DNA from: Octopus bimaculoides
Lineage: Eukaryota
Assembly (NCBI RefSeq): GCF_001194135.2
Contig: NC_069003.1
Coordinates: forward strand, 20,347,279-20,410,690
DNA: 63,412 bases
Direction of reading: 5' to 3'
Positions within the stretch are counted from its first letter, which is position 1; every line of letters starts with the position of its first letter. The notes under the pieces are model-generated. The model ran no database searches. It saw nothing but the letters and a program-made list of their open reading frames with translations, and was not told where the DNA came from. Shown here in pieces: positions 50,445-62,702 of the stretch. A program made the position numbers and the translations under genes.

Positions 50445-51035
50445 ATCATCATCATCGTTTAACGTCCGCTTTCCATGCTAGCATGGGTTGGACGATTTGA
50501 CTGAGGACTGGTGAAACGTGATGGCTACACCAGGCTCCAATCTGATTTGGCAAAGTTTCTACAGCTGGATGCCCTTCCTAACGCCAACCACTCTGAGAGT
50601 GTAGTGGGTGCTTTTACGTGTCACCGGCATGAAGGCCAGTCAGGCGATACCGGCAACGACCGCTCTCAAAATGGTGTATTTTATGTGCCACCCGCACAAG
50701 AGCCAGTCCAGGGGCACTGGCAACGATCTCGCTCGAATGACCTTACACATGCTGCGGGCACAAGTGCCAGAAAGGCGACGCTAGGCACAGGTGCCATCAC
50801 GATTTCGCTTGCTCCAACAAGTCTTCGCAAGCTGAGTTTTGTATCCAATGAAGGAGACGACGTTGGCATGGGTGCCAGTCGTTGAATTTAGTTCGATTTT
50901 GATTTCACTTGCCTCAACAGGTCTTTGCAAGCGGAGTTTAGTGTCCAGTGAAAGAAAGGTACGCATAAGTGGGCTGGCTACACCCCTGGCAGAGGCCTTG
51001 GATTTAGGTCTCACTTGGCTTGCCGGGTCTTCTTA
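50445..51035 (-). mobile_element. RTE 3' UTR/tail fragment (antisense)
   Basis: Reverse complement of the RTE tail plus 65-bp repeats; a short related piece lies at 39800-39910. Confidence 0.88.
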
Positions 51036-51059
51036 CACATAATGAATATCTCTAAACTT

Positions 51060-51890
51060 TACTATTCTAGTGAACAAAACTAGTGAACTGTACCAGTAAA
51101 TTTTATACTCTTTGGTGAACACGTACCTGTATATTTTATATTCCCAGAGAACCCATATATTTTTATATTCCTGGTGAACCCATATATTTCAGACCAATGG
51201 TTCCCAGCTAGGGTCCATGTAAGATTTTATTATCTCCCATAAATTGGTTATACTTCTACAATTCACAAAATATTTTAATACTTATTTTCATACAATTTCT
51301 AATAATATTTAATAATAAAAAAATATGATTTTCTTCAAACACTGAATGGCTAGGAGAGTTCATTCAAATAAAATAGGAATCAAAGGGGTCTATAGCCAAA
51401 AAAATGGTTCAGAAATACTGACAAGGAACATACATACTTTACTCCCTTAGGGAACATTTATGTTTATATTCCCAGTGAACATGTAAATTCTATACTCCTG
51501 GTGAACATGCATATTCTGTATTCCCTGTGAAAATGTATACTGTATAATCCCAGTGAACATGTATATTGTATATTCCTAGTGAACATATTTATTTTATACT
51601 CTCAATGAACATATATATTGTATATCCCCAATGAACATATACATTTTATACCTCTAGTGAACATGTACATTCCCAGTGAACATGTATATTGTATATTTCC
51701 AGTGAACATAGATTTTATACTCCTAGGGAACATCTATTTTGTACATTCCCTGTGAACCTGTATAATTTATATTTCCTGTGAACATGTATATTTTATATTC
51801 CCACTGAACATGTATATTTTATATTCCCACTGAACATGTATATTTTATGCTCTCAGCGAACATATACATATTTTATATTCCTGGTGAAGA
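51060..51890. repeat. 26-bp minisatellite (TTTTATATTCCCAGTGAACATGTATA), about 17 + 4 copies, split by a hAT-MITE-like insert at ~51190-51420
   Basis: Unit read directly; insert termini CAATGGTTCCCAGC and GGTTCAGAAATACTG resemble CAGTGGTTC/GAACCACTG hAT ends. Confidence 0.85.
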
Positions 51891-52689
51891 AATAAATATT
51901 GTGACCACTTAGACCTTTAATTAAATGGTTCCCTGCTTATAAAATAAAATAATTATTAGAATCCAACAAAAGCCATTTCATATAGTTTTACAAACTGAGA
52001 TAAATTTGTGTAATATTGGGAGATGAAAGTATAAATGATACTCCCTCTGTTACAGGGAGACAGTGAGGTAATGTATGCATACAAAAAACAGAAAGCAACA
52101 AATGAAACAAACCTTCCTTTTTTTCTCTCTGATGGAAACCTTGATACATCGAATTTCCCCTAGCATACAAAATTATTGAAGGTTGTGTAATAAGAAGTTT
52201 GCTTCCCGACACCATGGTTCTGGGTTCAGTCTCTCTGCATGACACTTTGGGTAAGTGTCTTCTTCTATAGCCTTAGCCAGACCAAAGCCTTGTGAGTGGA
52301 TTTGGTAGATGGAAACTGAAAGAAGCTATCCATTGTATATGTATAATTCTATACATTCGCCCGATACTCAAAAAACCCTTTTTGTTTGTTATTTCCTTGT
52401 GTTTGTATATGTACTTTTGTTTGCCTTGCTCAGGGGCTTAATACCTTCAGCTTAAGCCCTTGGCCAAACTGGTTTCAAGTAGTGTTGGAGAGGATTGGGC
52501 GAAACTATGTGAACATTCTAGACTCCGACTGAAGAAGCAATTGGCTGCGAATGATCCGTGTATCTTGTTTTGTCCTGTTTGCCATTGTTGTGCTATCATC
52601 CTTTTCCTGCTTGTTGTGTTTTGACGATTTCAGTTTGTTGTTTTTTACCTTTCATATACATATATATATATATATATGAATATATGAGA

Positions 52690-53765
52690 TGAGTGGTTAG
52701 TGACTGCTGAGGACATGTGTAAGCTTGCAAGGAATGAAGCAAGTATGCTCTGCTGGATGCGTAATGTCAGTGTGCATACATGACAGAGTGTAAGCACCTT
52801 GAGGGAAAAGTTGGATTTAAGAAGCATCAGATGCAAGAGAGATGACTGCGCTAGTATGGTCACATGTTACGAATGAATGAGGACAGCTGTGTGAAAAATC
52901 GTCACACCCTAGAAGTTGAGGGAACCTGTGGAAGAGGTAGACCCAGGAAAACCTGGGATGAGGTGGTGAAGCACGACCTTCGAACATTGGGCCTTACTGA
53001 GGCAATGACTAGTGACTGGGACCTTTGGAGATATGCTGTGCTTGAGAAGACCCAACAAGCCAAGTGAGACCATAGCTCATGGCTTATGCCAGTGGGTGTA
53101 ATGAGCCCATTTATGAATACCCCTCATTCATTAGGCAATAAACCTTGCTTGTGAAAACATTGAGGCAAGTGAAATCAAAATCAAAATTACTGATGTGGCC
53201 GTTGACAGTACCGCCTGATTGGCACTTGTACCAGTGGAACGTTAAAAGCACATCCGAACGTGGGGTGTAACCGGCCCATTTATGAGTACTCCTCATTCAT
53301 TGGACAATGAACTTTGCTTGCGAAGACCTATTGAGGCAAGTGTAAACAAATCAAAATCACTGATGTGACCGATGACAGTACTGCCTGATTGGCACCTGTG
53401 CCAGTGGAACATAAAAAGCACATCCAAGCATGATCGTTGCCAGGGCCACGGATTGACTCCCGTGCTGGTGACATTTGAAAGCACCATTTGAGCATGATTG
53501 TTGCTAGCGTCGCTTTACCAGCACATGTGCTGGTGGTACGTGAAAAACAACATTCGAACGTGGTCGTTGCCAGTACCAGCTGACTGGCCCTCGTGCTGGG
53601 GGCATGTAAAAGCACCCACTACACTCTTACAGTGGTTGGCGTTAGGAAGGGCATCCAGCTGTAGAAACTTTGCCAGATCAGATTAAGTCTGGTGCAGCCT
53701 CTGGCTCACCAGTCCTCAGTCAAACTGTCCAACCCATGCCAGCATGGAGAGCGGACATAAAATGA

Positions 53766-53770
<5 letters not shown>
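52690..53770 (+). mobile_element. RTE 3' fragment with repeat-bearing UTR
   Basis: LARNEASMLCWM...DSCVKNRHTLEVEGTCGRGRPRKTWDEVVKHDL; 65-bp repeats at 53240-53620; tail. Confidence 0.9.
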
Positions 53771-53830
<60 letters not shown>

Positions 53831-54854
53831 ACAGGCTTCTTTCAGTTTCCGTCTACCAAATCCATTCACAAGGCTTTGGTCAGCTCGAGGCTATAGCAGA
53901 AGACATTTGCCCAAGGTGCCACGCAGTGGGACTGATCCTGGAACCATGTTGTTGGGAAGAAAGTTTCTTATTACATAGCCAGACCTGAATATAAATAATC
54001 TAATAAAATAAATGATAATATTAATAAGGTGACAAGTTGGCAGAATCATTAGTATGCTGGGCAAAATGCTTAGCAGCACTTCATCTGCCTTTATGTTCTC
54101 AGTTCAAATTCCACCGAGGTCAACTTTGCCTTTCATCCTTTCGAGGCTGATAAAATAAGTACCAGTTGAGCACTGGGGGTCAATGTAATCGACTTACACC
54201 CTCTCCACAAATTGCTAACCTTGTTCCAAAATTCAAAATCATTATCGGTTTCAAATTTAGATGGTGGTGAGCTGGTAGAGTCATCAGCATGTTGTGAAAA
54301 ATGCTTGGCACCATTTTGTCTGTCTTTATGTCCTGAGTTCAAATCCCACTGAGGTTGACTTTACCTTTCATCCCTCTGGTGGCAGGGAGCTTGATAAAAT
54401 AAGTGTCAGTTAAGCACTGGGGTCGATGTCATTGACTTACCCACTGTGCCCAGAAATTGCAGGCCTTGTGCCAAAATTTGAAATCGTTATTCATAATATT
54501 AATAGTTAAATATTCTATTCTCTAATAAAATTATTTAATAAGCTTTAACAATTTCTTGCTTTATTAACTTTGTTACTGTTCTTGTTTAGCCCAAGGCCAA
54601 TACTGAACAAGTAGGTCTAAAATCATCTAAAGTCATTAATTCAAACCAAATCAATCTCATCTTATTAGTGTTGGGGGCAGAAAAGAAAGAACCTAGAACA
54701 ACAGTTTCTTATGGGTTCTTCCCATTTCTAAGAGTAAAATTGTAAGTGCTTAAAGTTTGAATTATTTCTAGCATGTTCAAGGATCAGAGAGTTGGCAGCT
54801 TTCTTCCTTGTGGAATGTGTAAGTGTGCAATACCTGCATGGTGTAAAATTTTTT

Positions 54855-55790
54855 TATTTGATAATGACATTTAAGTGATTTGATAATGATATTAAGATGA
54901 TTTGATGATGAAGTTTAGGTGATTTAATAATGGTTTCAAATTTTGCCACAAGGGTAGTAATTTTGCGGGAGGGGATGAGTCAATCACATTGATCCCAGTG
55001 TTCAACTGGTACTTATTTTATCGACCCCAAAAGAATGAAAGATAAAGTTGACCTCGACAGAATTTGAACTCAGAACGTAGCAACAGATGAAGTACCATTA
55101 AGCATTTCTCCCGGCATGCTAACGATTCTGCCAGCCTGCCACCTTTAGGTAATTTAATGATGATATTAAGATGATTTACTAATGATATTAAGGTTATCTG
55201 ATAATGATGTTTAGGTAATTTGATATTGATATTTAGGTGATTTGATAATGATATTTACATGGTTTGACAATAATATTAAGGTAATTTGATAATGATATTA
55301 AGGTGATTCAGTTATAACATTTACATGATTTAATGATGATGTTTTGGTGATTTGATTATGATATTAACATGAACCCCTATGTACTCCATTCTTCCTTCTT
55401 CATGTATTTGTTTTCTATCATACCCAGTACATGGATACTGTCTGTATCTTTGTATCCCCTACATTTTAGTTATATTAATTTCTAAGCCCTTGTACTTTCA
55501 TAATAAGTAGTACTACTTCCTCAGATATAGCATCTTGGTCAGAAAGGAGCAAGATGCCTACAGAGTTTCTAAGGTGTTCCACTTGTTATTTAATAATGAC
55601 ATTTAGGTGATTTGATAATGGTGTTTACATGATTTCATAATCATGTTTATATGATTTGATAAAAATACTAAAGTGATTTGATAACACTGTTTTGGTAATT
55701 TGATAATAATTTGATTATGATGTTTAGGTGATTCAACAATGATATTTAGATAACTTGATAATTATCAAAATCACCTAAACATTTAATAAT
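54855..55790. repeat. Degenerate 22-bp tandem repeat (TGATAATGATATTAAGGTGATT), interrupted by an antisense SINE-B and a unique block
   Basis: Blocks at 54855-54935, 55145-55370 and 55585-55790. Confidence 0.8.
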
Positions 55791-57747
55791 GGTGTTTAGG
55801 AGATTTTGATAATTTCATCATCATGATCATGATCGTCGTTGTCATTGTTATCGTCATCGCCATCATCATTGTCATCATCATCATCATCATCTTTGTTGTT
55901 GCTGTTGTTGTTGTCATTGTTTTCATCCTAATCCTTATCACTATAATCATCACAACCCACCTCCTCTTCCACTTCTTCCTTCTTCTCATCATAATCACCA
56001 TCACCATCATCATTATAATCATTATCATCAACAACACTATTGTCATCATTCTTGCATCAAATTTCCCAATACTAGCATGGGTTGGAAGAGACATATAGTT
56101 ACTATTTTATGGCTGGAGGCTTTTCCTGTCACCAACCTTTACTTGGTTATCAAATAACAAGTATGTATTTTTTATTCCCCTGGTCTTTACATATCAAAAC
56201 CTATGAAACTATTGAGCTGTGTCATATGTGTGGGAATGAAATTCGCTAAGGGCATGCAAATCCAGTTTTTCAGGAGTATGCTCAAAGCATTCTCATTGCC
56301 CTCAAGAAATTTTAGTGGGTGCACTTGCACATTTTGTACCTCCTGTTCCTGAACCTCCGAGTTGCATGATGTATTGTTTACAGGAGACATAAAACTAATC
56401 TCATTGTTTTTGCTCAAATGGTGACAATATGAACACTTACGAAGGCGTCGAGCTGGTAGAAATGTTAGTACACCAGGCGAAATACTTTGTGGTATTTTAT
56501 CTGTCTTTATGTTCTGAGTTCAAATCTGCCGAAGTCGACTTTGCCTTTCATCCTTTTGGGGTTGATGAATTAAGTACCAGTTGTGTACTGGGGTCAATCT
56601 AATTGACTGACCCCGCTCCTGAAAAATTTTGGCCTTGTACCTAGAGTAGAAAAGAATATGAACACTTATGGAAACAATATAGAAAATTCCCATGTGAATG
56701 TGTACATGTGTGCATGCACATGCAAAAACAAACACACATACATACACATAATTGGACAAAAACCAGACTCTCTTATATTAAGTAGCAGAGTGGATATATT
56801 ATTTATATGGACTGGCAATATGATTCACCTATGATCCTATTCAAGTAAGTGGTGAGTTATCTTGCATGTCACGAGGAGAGTTATGTTTCCTGTCATGGCT
56901 TTCAGGCATTTTAACACATGACAATTTGAGAGAGTATTCTCCACTATGCCAAGTTGCAGCCTACTGGTAAATACATGAAACTTATATGTTAAGCATATGT
57001 GGTTGATAATGTTTGATGTTGATAATGTTTGATGTTGATAATGTTTGATGTTGATAATGTTTGAAGTATATGTGGTTGATAATGGTTGATGTTGGTAGAT
57101 GATGCTAATAAGCCACAAAAATAACGAAATATCAATGTCAATTTCTCCTAAATGGAATTGGGGGTGAGTTATCTCATCTGTCCATGACTCTAAGGTGTTT
57201 TAATACCCTGTGCTTCAAGAGAGCAGTCTCCACCATGTCAAATTGCAGCCTACTGGCAGATGCACAAAGCATTTACATTAAGTATATCTAGATGATAATG
57301 TTTATAACAAATAGTTTATGCTACCAAATGGTTTCATGTTACAAAACCTTCCAAGTGTGGAAATGTAAATTAACAATCACTGGATGTGGCTGAATGGGAG
57401 AGTAATGAAAGAGTATAGCTTGAACTCTTTATTAGGGGAGTCCTGAAACCATCATATTTGGTTTATGAATCTCAGAAATAAAAAAAAAAATACTTGAAGG
57501 AAACTCATACAGCCAGAAATATACAGACAAAATACAGTTTAAAAAACAAACATTTGCACATTCAGATACTCTCACTCACACACACTCTCTCACACACACA
57601 CTCTCATTCACACACTCATTCTCATTCATACACACCCACACTCATTCACACACATTCTCCCCCACATACGCACTCTCACTCAAGTACCCTTCCCTGAATT
57701 TACTGGTCTTGTGCCAAAATTTGAAACCAACATTATTATTATTATTA

Positions 57748-57778
<31 letters not shown>

Positions 57779-57791
57779 AGATCTCCTTGAC

Positions 57792-57873
57792 ATGTTGTTT
57801 ACAAACCGGAAAAGTGGGTCAGATTTCCTGCTATGGCCATTGATTTCTTTGTCACTGGTCATGTCACAGACAG
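57792..57873 (+). CDS. Putative start exon of gene 2: signal-peptide-like MLFTNRKSGSDFLLWPLISLSLVMSQT
   Basis: ATG at 57792, hydrophobic core FLLWPLISLSLVM, strong donor CAG|gtgagt in phase 1 matching the next exon; candidate acceptor tAG at 57778-57780. Confidence 0.62.
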
Positions 57874-58309
57874 GTGAGTTTCCTTAGCATACTCTTTACT
57901 CTCTTTACTCTGTTACTTGTTTCAGTCATTTGACTGCGGCCATGCTGGAGCACCGCCTTTAGTCGAGCAAATCGACCCCAGGACTTATTCTTTGTAAGCC
58001 TAGTACTTATTCTATTGGTCTCTTTTGCTGAACCGCTACGTTACGGGGATGTAAACACACCAGCATTGGTTGTCAAGCGATGTTGGGGAGACAAACACAG
58101 ACACAAACATATACATACACATACAAGCTCGTCGAAACGCCGGTGTTAAAACGTGGGTAGCTGATGAAGTAGAATGTTCTCTATGTGGCTCGTGTGTTCT
58201 CGTCTACGTTTGTTTGCAATGTCCTGTACCCAGATATGCACCTATACTTACAGGTGGATGTCGGTATGCACATACCTGTACGTATATATGCATATACTCA
58301 TTTACTTTT

Positions 58310-58378
<69 letters not shown>

Positions 58379-58669
58379 TACGACGGTCTTCTTTCAGTTT
58401 CTGTCTACCAAATTCATTCACAAGGCTTTGGTTGGCCCGAGGCTATAGTAGAAGACACTTGCCCAAGGTGCCACGCAGTGGGAATGAACCTGGAACCATG
58501 TGGTTGGTAAGCAAGCTACTTACCACACAGCCACTCCTGCGCCTACACACTTCTTTCTGACTTCATTGTCTTCATCACCATCACCATCCAACCATTATCA
58601 TTATTCTCATCATTACCACACGTAAGCATGCACAAACAGTGCTCACACAGAGACACACACACAAATATA

Positions 58670-58965
58670 TACTCATGCATGTATGCACAAGCTGGATCAT
58701 TGTTGAAATTGCAGTGTCATATTTCATCAGTTCAAAGAAATGCAATTTATGTCTGGCTGAAAAGTTTAACATTTTGATGCCATCCTTCAAGATGTTTAAT
58801 AAAACAACTGAGCTTCTCTTTATGTGTTGGCATATGAACAAATACCAACAACAAAGATTTCAATAGCAGTCTGGAACTACAGTTCAAAGAGGTGCAAAAT
58901 ATATTCGGCCAAAAAATTGAAACATCTTGATGCTACTCTTCAAGCTGTTAAACAAAACAATTGAG
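58670..58965 (+). pseudogene. Two tandem C-terminal fragments of a second Penelope-like family
   Basis: WIIVEIAVSY..SSKKCNLCLAEKFNIL....MFNKTTELLFMCWHMNKY (the KCxLCxxEK...LNKxSEL...CRH motif); a diverged second copy starts at ~58880. Confidence 0.65.
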
Positions 58966-59979
58966 TTTTTGTCTATGTGTAGGTATAGGAACAAATACAA
59001 AGTGTAAGAATTTCAATAATAGTCTGGATAACCACTGTACCATCACCTATAAAAGCATCCTTAACTACAGATAGATATAACATCAATACAGCAGTAGTTT
59101 TTCTGTCTATAGTTTTACATTGCATCCATAGTCACTATGAACAGTAGTCATTCCTCACTACAAGTATGGTAAAGACTGCCTTTGATCATGAATGACCATA
59201 GAATTGCACCTAGAAAGTTACCCTATGAGGCACAAGTCCCAGCAAGGTTGTTTATAGAACATGCATACCATCCTCTCCTCTCCATGCTACCAATGTTATC
59301 CAAGGGAAAGACAAAGGCCGATACAGCTTGGCACCTGTGATGTCGCAACTCATTTCTACAGCTGAGTGAACTGGATCAACGTGAAATAAAGTGTCTTGCT
59401 CAAGAACACAACACGCAACCTGGTCTGGGAAATGAACTCACTATCTCATGATTGTGAGCCCGATGCTCTAACCACTGAGCCATGCACCTTCACATGCTAC
59501 AAATATAACTGACATGTAAAATGGCCATTTCTACAATCAATAACATGCTAGCTTCGTGTTGTTGTGGGCGCCAACCGTTATAACATGACCAAAGCTGACT
59601 AATAATGACTTAGACCAGTGGTTCTCAACTGGTTTTTACTTGGTGACCCTTTAGTTTACTATGTTACTCTGGTGGATGCCCCCAACCATTCAATATTCAA
59701 AATACTAATTCTATAGATACTTCCTTCAAAATTCCTATGTTGCTATTCACTTGGATATGTTGAACTATATCAAACATCAGAGAAAGAGACCTTGCAATAC
59801 ATACATTTAAATCAGAACTTTCAGTCAGTCTCTTTAGCTGAACCACCAAGTAGACATACCAACACCAGTTGTCAAGTAGTGTTGGGAGAGAGACACAAAC
59901 ACAAAGACACACGCACGTGCGCACGCACACACACACACACACACACGCGCACGCACGCACACACTAAACATATATATGA

Positions 59980-60380
59980 TGGGCTTTTATGATGATGATG
60001 AGGATGAGGAGGAGGAGGCTAGTGATGAAGGTGATGATGTTGACGATAATGATGATGGAGATGATGATGGTGATGATGATGATGATGATGATTGTGGTGA
60101 TGAAGGTGATGGTGGTGGTAATGATGACAATGGTGGTGATGCTGCTGCTGCTGCTGCTGTTGATGGTGGTGGTGATGATTGTGGTGATGATGGTAACAAC
60201 GTTGATCATGACAATGATGATGATGGTCTTGGCGATGAAAACAGGTGATGGTAATGATTTTGGCAATGGTAGTGACAGTGATGATGATGACGATGACGAC
60301 GACAATGATGATGACAACGATGACGATGAGACGACGATGATGAGGATAGTGATGACAGGTATCAACAACAATGACAACAA
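59980..60380. repeat. Degenerate (GAT/GGT/GAC)n low-complexity tract; similar (CAT)n tract at 55815-56050
   Basis: Direct reading; lies in the inferred first coding intron of gene 2. Confidence 0.85.
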
Positions 60381-60420
60381 CAAAAACAAAATTGAATGTT
60401 AACTATAAATGGAAACAAAA

Positions 60421-60642
60421 TATGAGGTGGGTGTTGAAAAGTTTCTGGCTTTGGGAAAAAGAAAATACAGGAGGATCAGTTGATTATGATTTTATTCAAC
60501 ATATTCCCCCCTCAGATTCACACTATTATAGCAATGATCCTTCAGTTTTCCTAAGCCCTGTAAAAGAACTCAGAAAGTTGGGCCTCCAACCAGGGCTTTC
60601 TTTATACTCTTAAAGCCAAGAACTTTCCAGTGTCCCCTTGTA
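60421..60642. mobile_element. Mariner-type MITE (~220 bp)
   Basis: TIRs TATGAGGTGGGTGTTGAAAAGTTTCTGGCTTT and AAAGCCAAGAACTTTCCAGTGTCCCCTTGTA, TA ends. Confidence 0.75.
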
Positions 60643-60811
60643 AATCTATGACAAATACCTTCCCTTCCTCACCTTTCCCATCTTCACCCTCCCCTCTCTT
60701 CTCCTCTCCCACCTGTCTCCTCTGCTCTCTTTTCCACTTTCCTTCTCTCTCCTCATTCTCTCTCTCTTTCTCTCCCTTTCTCTCAACCTCTTCTTTTCTG
60801 TATAATTTCAG

Positions 60812-61042
60812 TGGCGTATAACATCTGTGGACGTAGTTCTAAGTTGAGTATCACCAAGTCATTTGAAGCACACATAGAGGCAACTTTCTCGGACCAAAAC
60901 ATCAGCTTCTTAATAAAGGAATATTTCCAACCGACTGGAAGTATAGATGCTGTTGAATTAGGTGCTGTTATCCAGACAATCAATGGTGAAAAGATACAAG
61001 CCATATTCAACTACACGCACAATGAGCTTTTCTACATTGAAG
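60812..61042 (+). CDS. Gene 2 coding exon (V-AYNICGRSSKLSITKSFEAHIEATFSDQNISFLIKEYFQPTGSIDAVELGAVIQTINGEKIQAIFNYTHNELFYIE); probable secreted LolA-like/ependymin-like beta-sheet domain protein
   Basis: ~150-nt pyrimidine tract ending tttcAG (60810-60811), GAAG|gtacat donor, 231 nt phase 1/1, open and non-repetitive. Pattern F-x-A-x-IEA...N...EY[F/Y]...IF-x-Y-x-x-NE-x-F-x-I recalled from invertebrate LolA-like repeats (family call is from memory). Confidence 0.78.
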
Positions 61043-61789
61043 GTACATGTACGGTTCATAAAACTGTGTAACAAAATTTCTTTTGTCTTTGGTCAGTAAG
61101 TGTTACTTCCTGTTTGCTTCTATCTAAAAATCAAAGGAAATCACTACCATTCCCTTCAAACTTTGCTTTTGTCACCTGGACATCAATGTTTTGAAACTGA
61201 CCTACTTTCCATTACATTTCAGACAGATTCAGTGCTGAAGTTCTTGAAGCAAAAATATCGCTATAGCAAATATTCTGCTCAATACCACAGATTTGCTTGT
61301 CAGTTACTTGACCTTAACCACTTGAACATGTCCCTTAGTGGCTGACGATATGTGCATCTTTTATTGTGAGCAGGAATAGTTGTGGAGGATCATAGCCATG
61401 TGTTGAGAGGGATTCTTTAGGGTTTGAATAAATGTAACAAAAGCAAAGTCTGAAGGAAATATTAACCATTTTTCTTACTTTCAAAAGGTAAGCAAATAGG
61501 AAACAACAGTTGCTACCCAAGGACAAAAATCATGTTACGCAGCATCATATAAATAGTAGTAATGAAAGCACATGGCTTACTGGTTTAGGTGTTGGGCTCA
61601 TGAGCATTAGGTTGGTGGTTCAATTCTTAATTCTGCTGGTGTGTTGTGTCTTCGAACAGAATACTTTATTCCACAATGTTTTAATCAACTCAGCTAAAAA
61701 TGAGTAGTGAACATAGCCAGGGTGGAAGGTAGTGTGCATATTCCACTAGTAAAGACATGTGGCTTATCCCTCTATTAACATATATATTG

Positions 61790-62090
61790 TGAGGAGTCAA
61801 AAGTTTTGCAATATTTTGGTAACTTATTTGCTTTACAACAAAAGCAGCCTAACATTCAAAATAGAGGCCATCATGTTGCACCATCTGAAGCCACCTTCCT
61901 GCTAGTGTTTTGATGTTTTGATCCAACACTGATACCAGTTCTTGTCCTTCGAGACAAAGAATTCTTTCACTGAAGATTCCAGCTTCTCTTGGTTGATGTA
62001 GCATTGTGATGAGAGGTTAAACTTTCAAGGCAGTAAAGCGATGCTTTGTTGACCAGTATAATCCATCATAGGCAGTTATGTGCCATTCTG
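61790..62090 (-). pseudogene. Mariner transposase C-terminal remnant + TIR
   Basis: Minus strand ...KTLAGRWLQMVQHDGLYFE followed by a TIR-like ATTGCAAAACTTTTGACTC. Confidence 0.7.
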
Positions 62091-62179
62091 CCCTAGTTTC
62101 AGGTGTAGGCTTTTTCACTATCAATACTCCTTGACATCTAAACCTATGAATATTATGAATATTATCTTTTCTGTTTCAG

Positions 62180-62310
62180 ATGATGCATGCACTGTAGTAA
62201 ATACTCATTCTAATTTTACCAATGCGCGTCCAGTCAATCAAAACAGTGTGGAGAATGTTTTTATTTATTCAACCAAAAGCATACTTCTGATGATACAAGA
62301 CACCGTATGT
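62180..62310 (+). CDS. Gene 2 next coding exon (D-DACTVVNTHSNFTNARPVNQNSVENVFIYSTKSILLMIQDT[VC])
   Basis: ctgtttcAG acceptor ending 62179, phase 1 entry in frame with the previous exon; phase-0 donors at 62304|gtatgt or 62310|gtaagt; N-x-T sequon; the gene continues past the window end. Confidence 0.75.
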
Positions 62311-62595
62311 GTAAGTAGAAAGTAATAAACAGCAGTAACAGTCACATCTCATGATGAACTTAACAGGAAATCCTCTATGTGATTGCTTCCTCTAAAAGAA
62401 ATAATAGCTAAATGTCCCTCAAATTATAACTTGTTATCTTAACATAGGAAAGGCATGCTTGTAGGTCTAATAGGTTGCTAGTTTGACTCTTTTGGTTGCA
62501 ACTGGTCCTGGTGCTAAGACAAAAAATTTCTCTTTTAAAGTGTTCTTAATTAAAACCTTCCATCAAAGTTTCATGTTCATTTATGAGCCAAAAAC

Positions 62596-62670
62596 TAGTG
62601 TGTATGTGTGTGTGTGTGTGTGTGTGTATGTGAGTGTGTGCGTGTGTGAGTGTGTGCGTGTGTCTGTGCA

Positions 62671-62702
<32 letters not shown>

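Noticed and set aside
51440-51890. CRISPR-like regular repeats (also the 65-bp RTE units)
   Set aside because: Units are contiguous with no unique spacers, there are no cas genes, and the context is eukaryotic.
59976-60402. Asp-rich (MMGFYDDDED...) and Met/Ile-rich ORFs resembling acidic biomineral proteins
   Set aside because: Degenerate (GAT)n tract open in several frames, adjacent to a SINE and inside an inferred intron. The same applies to 55783-56098.
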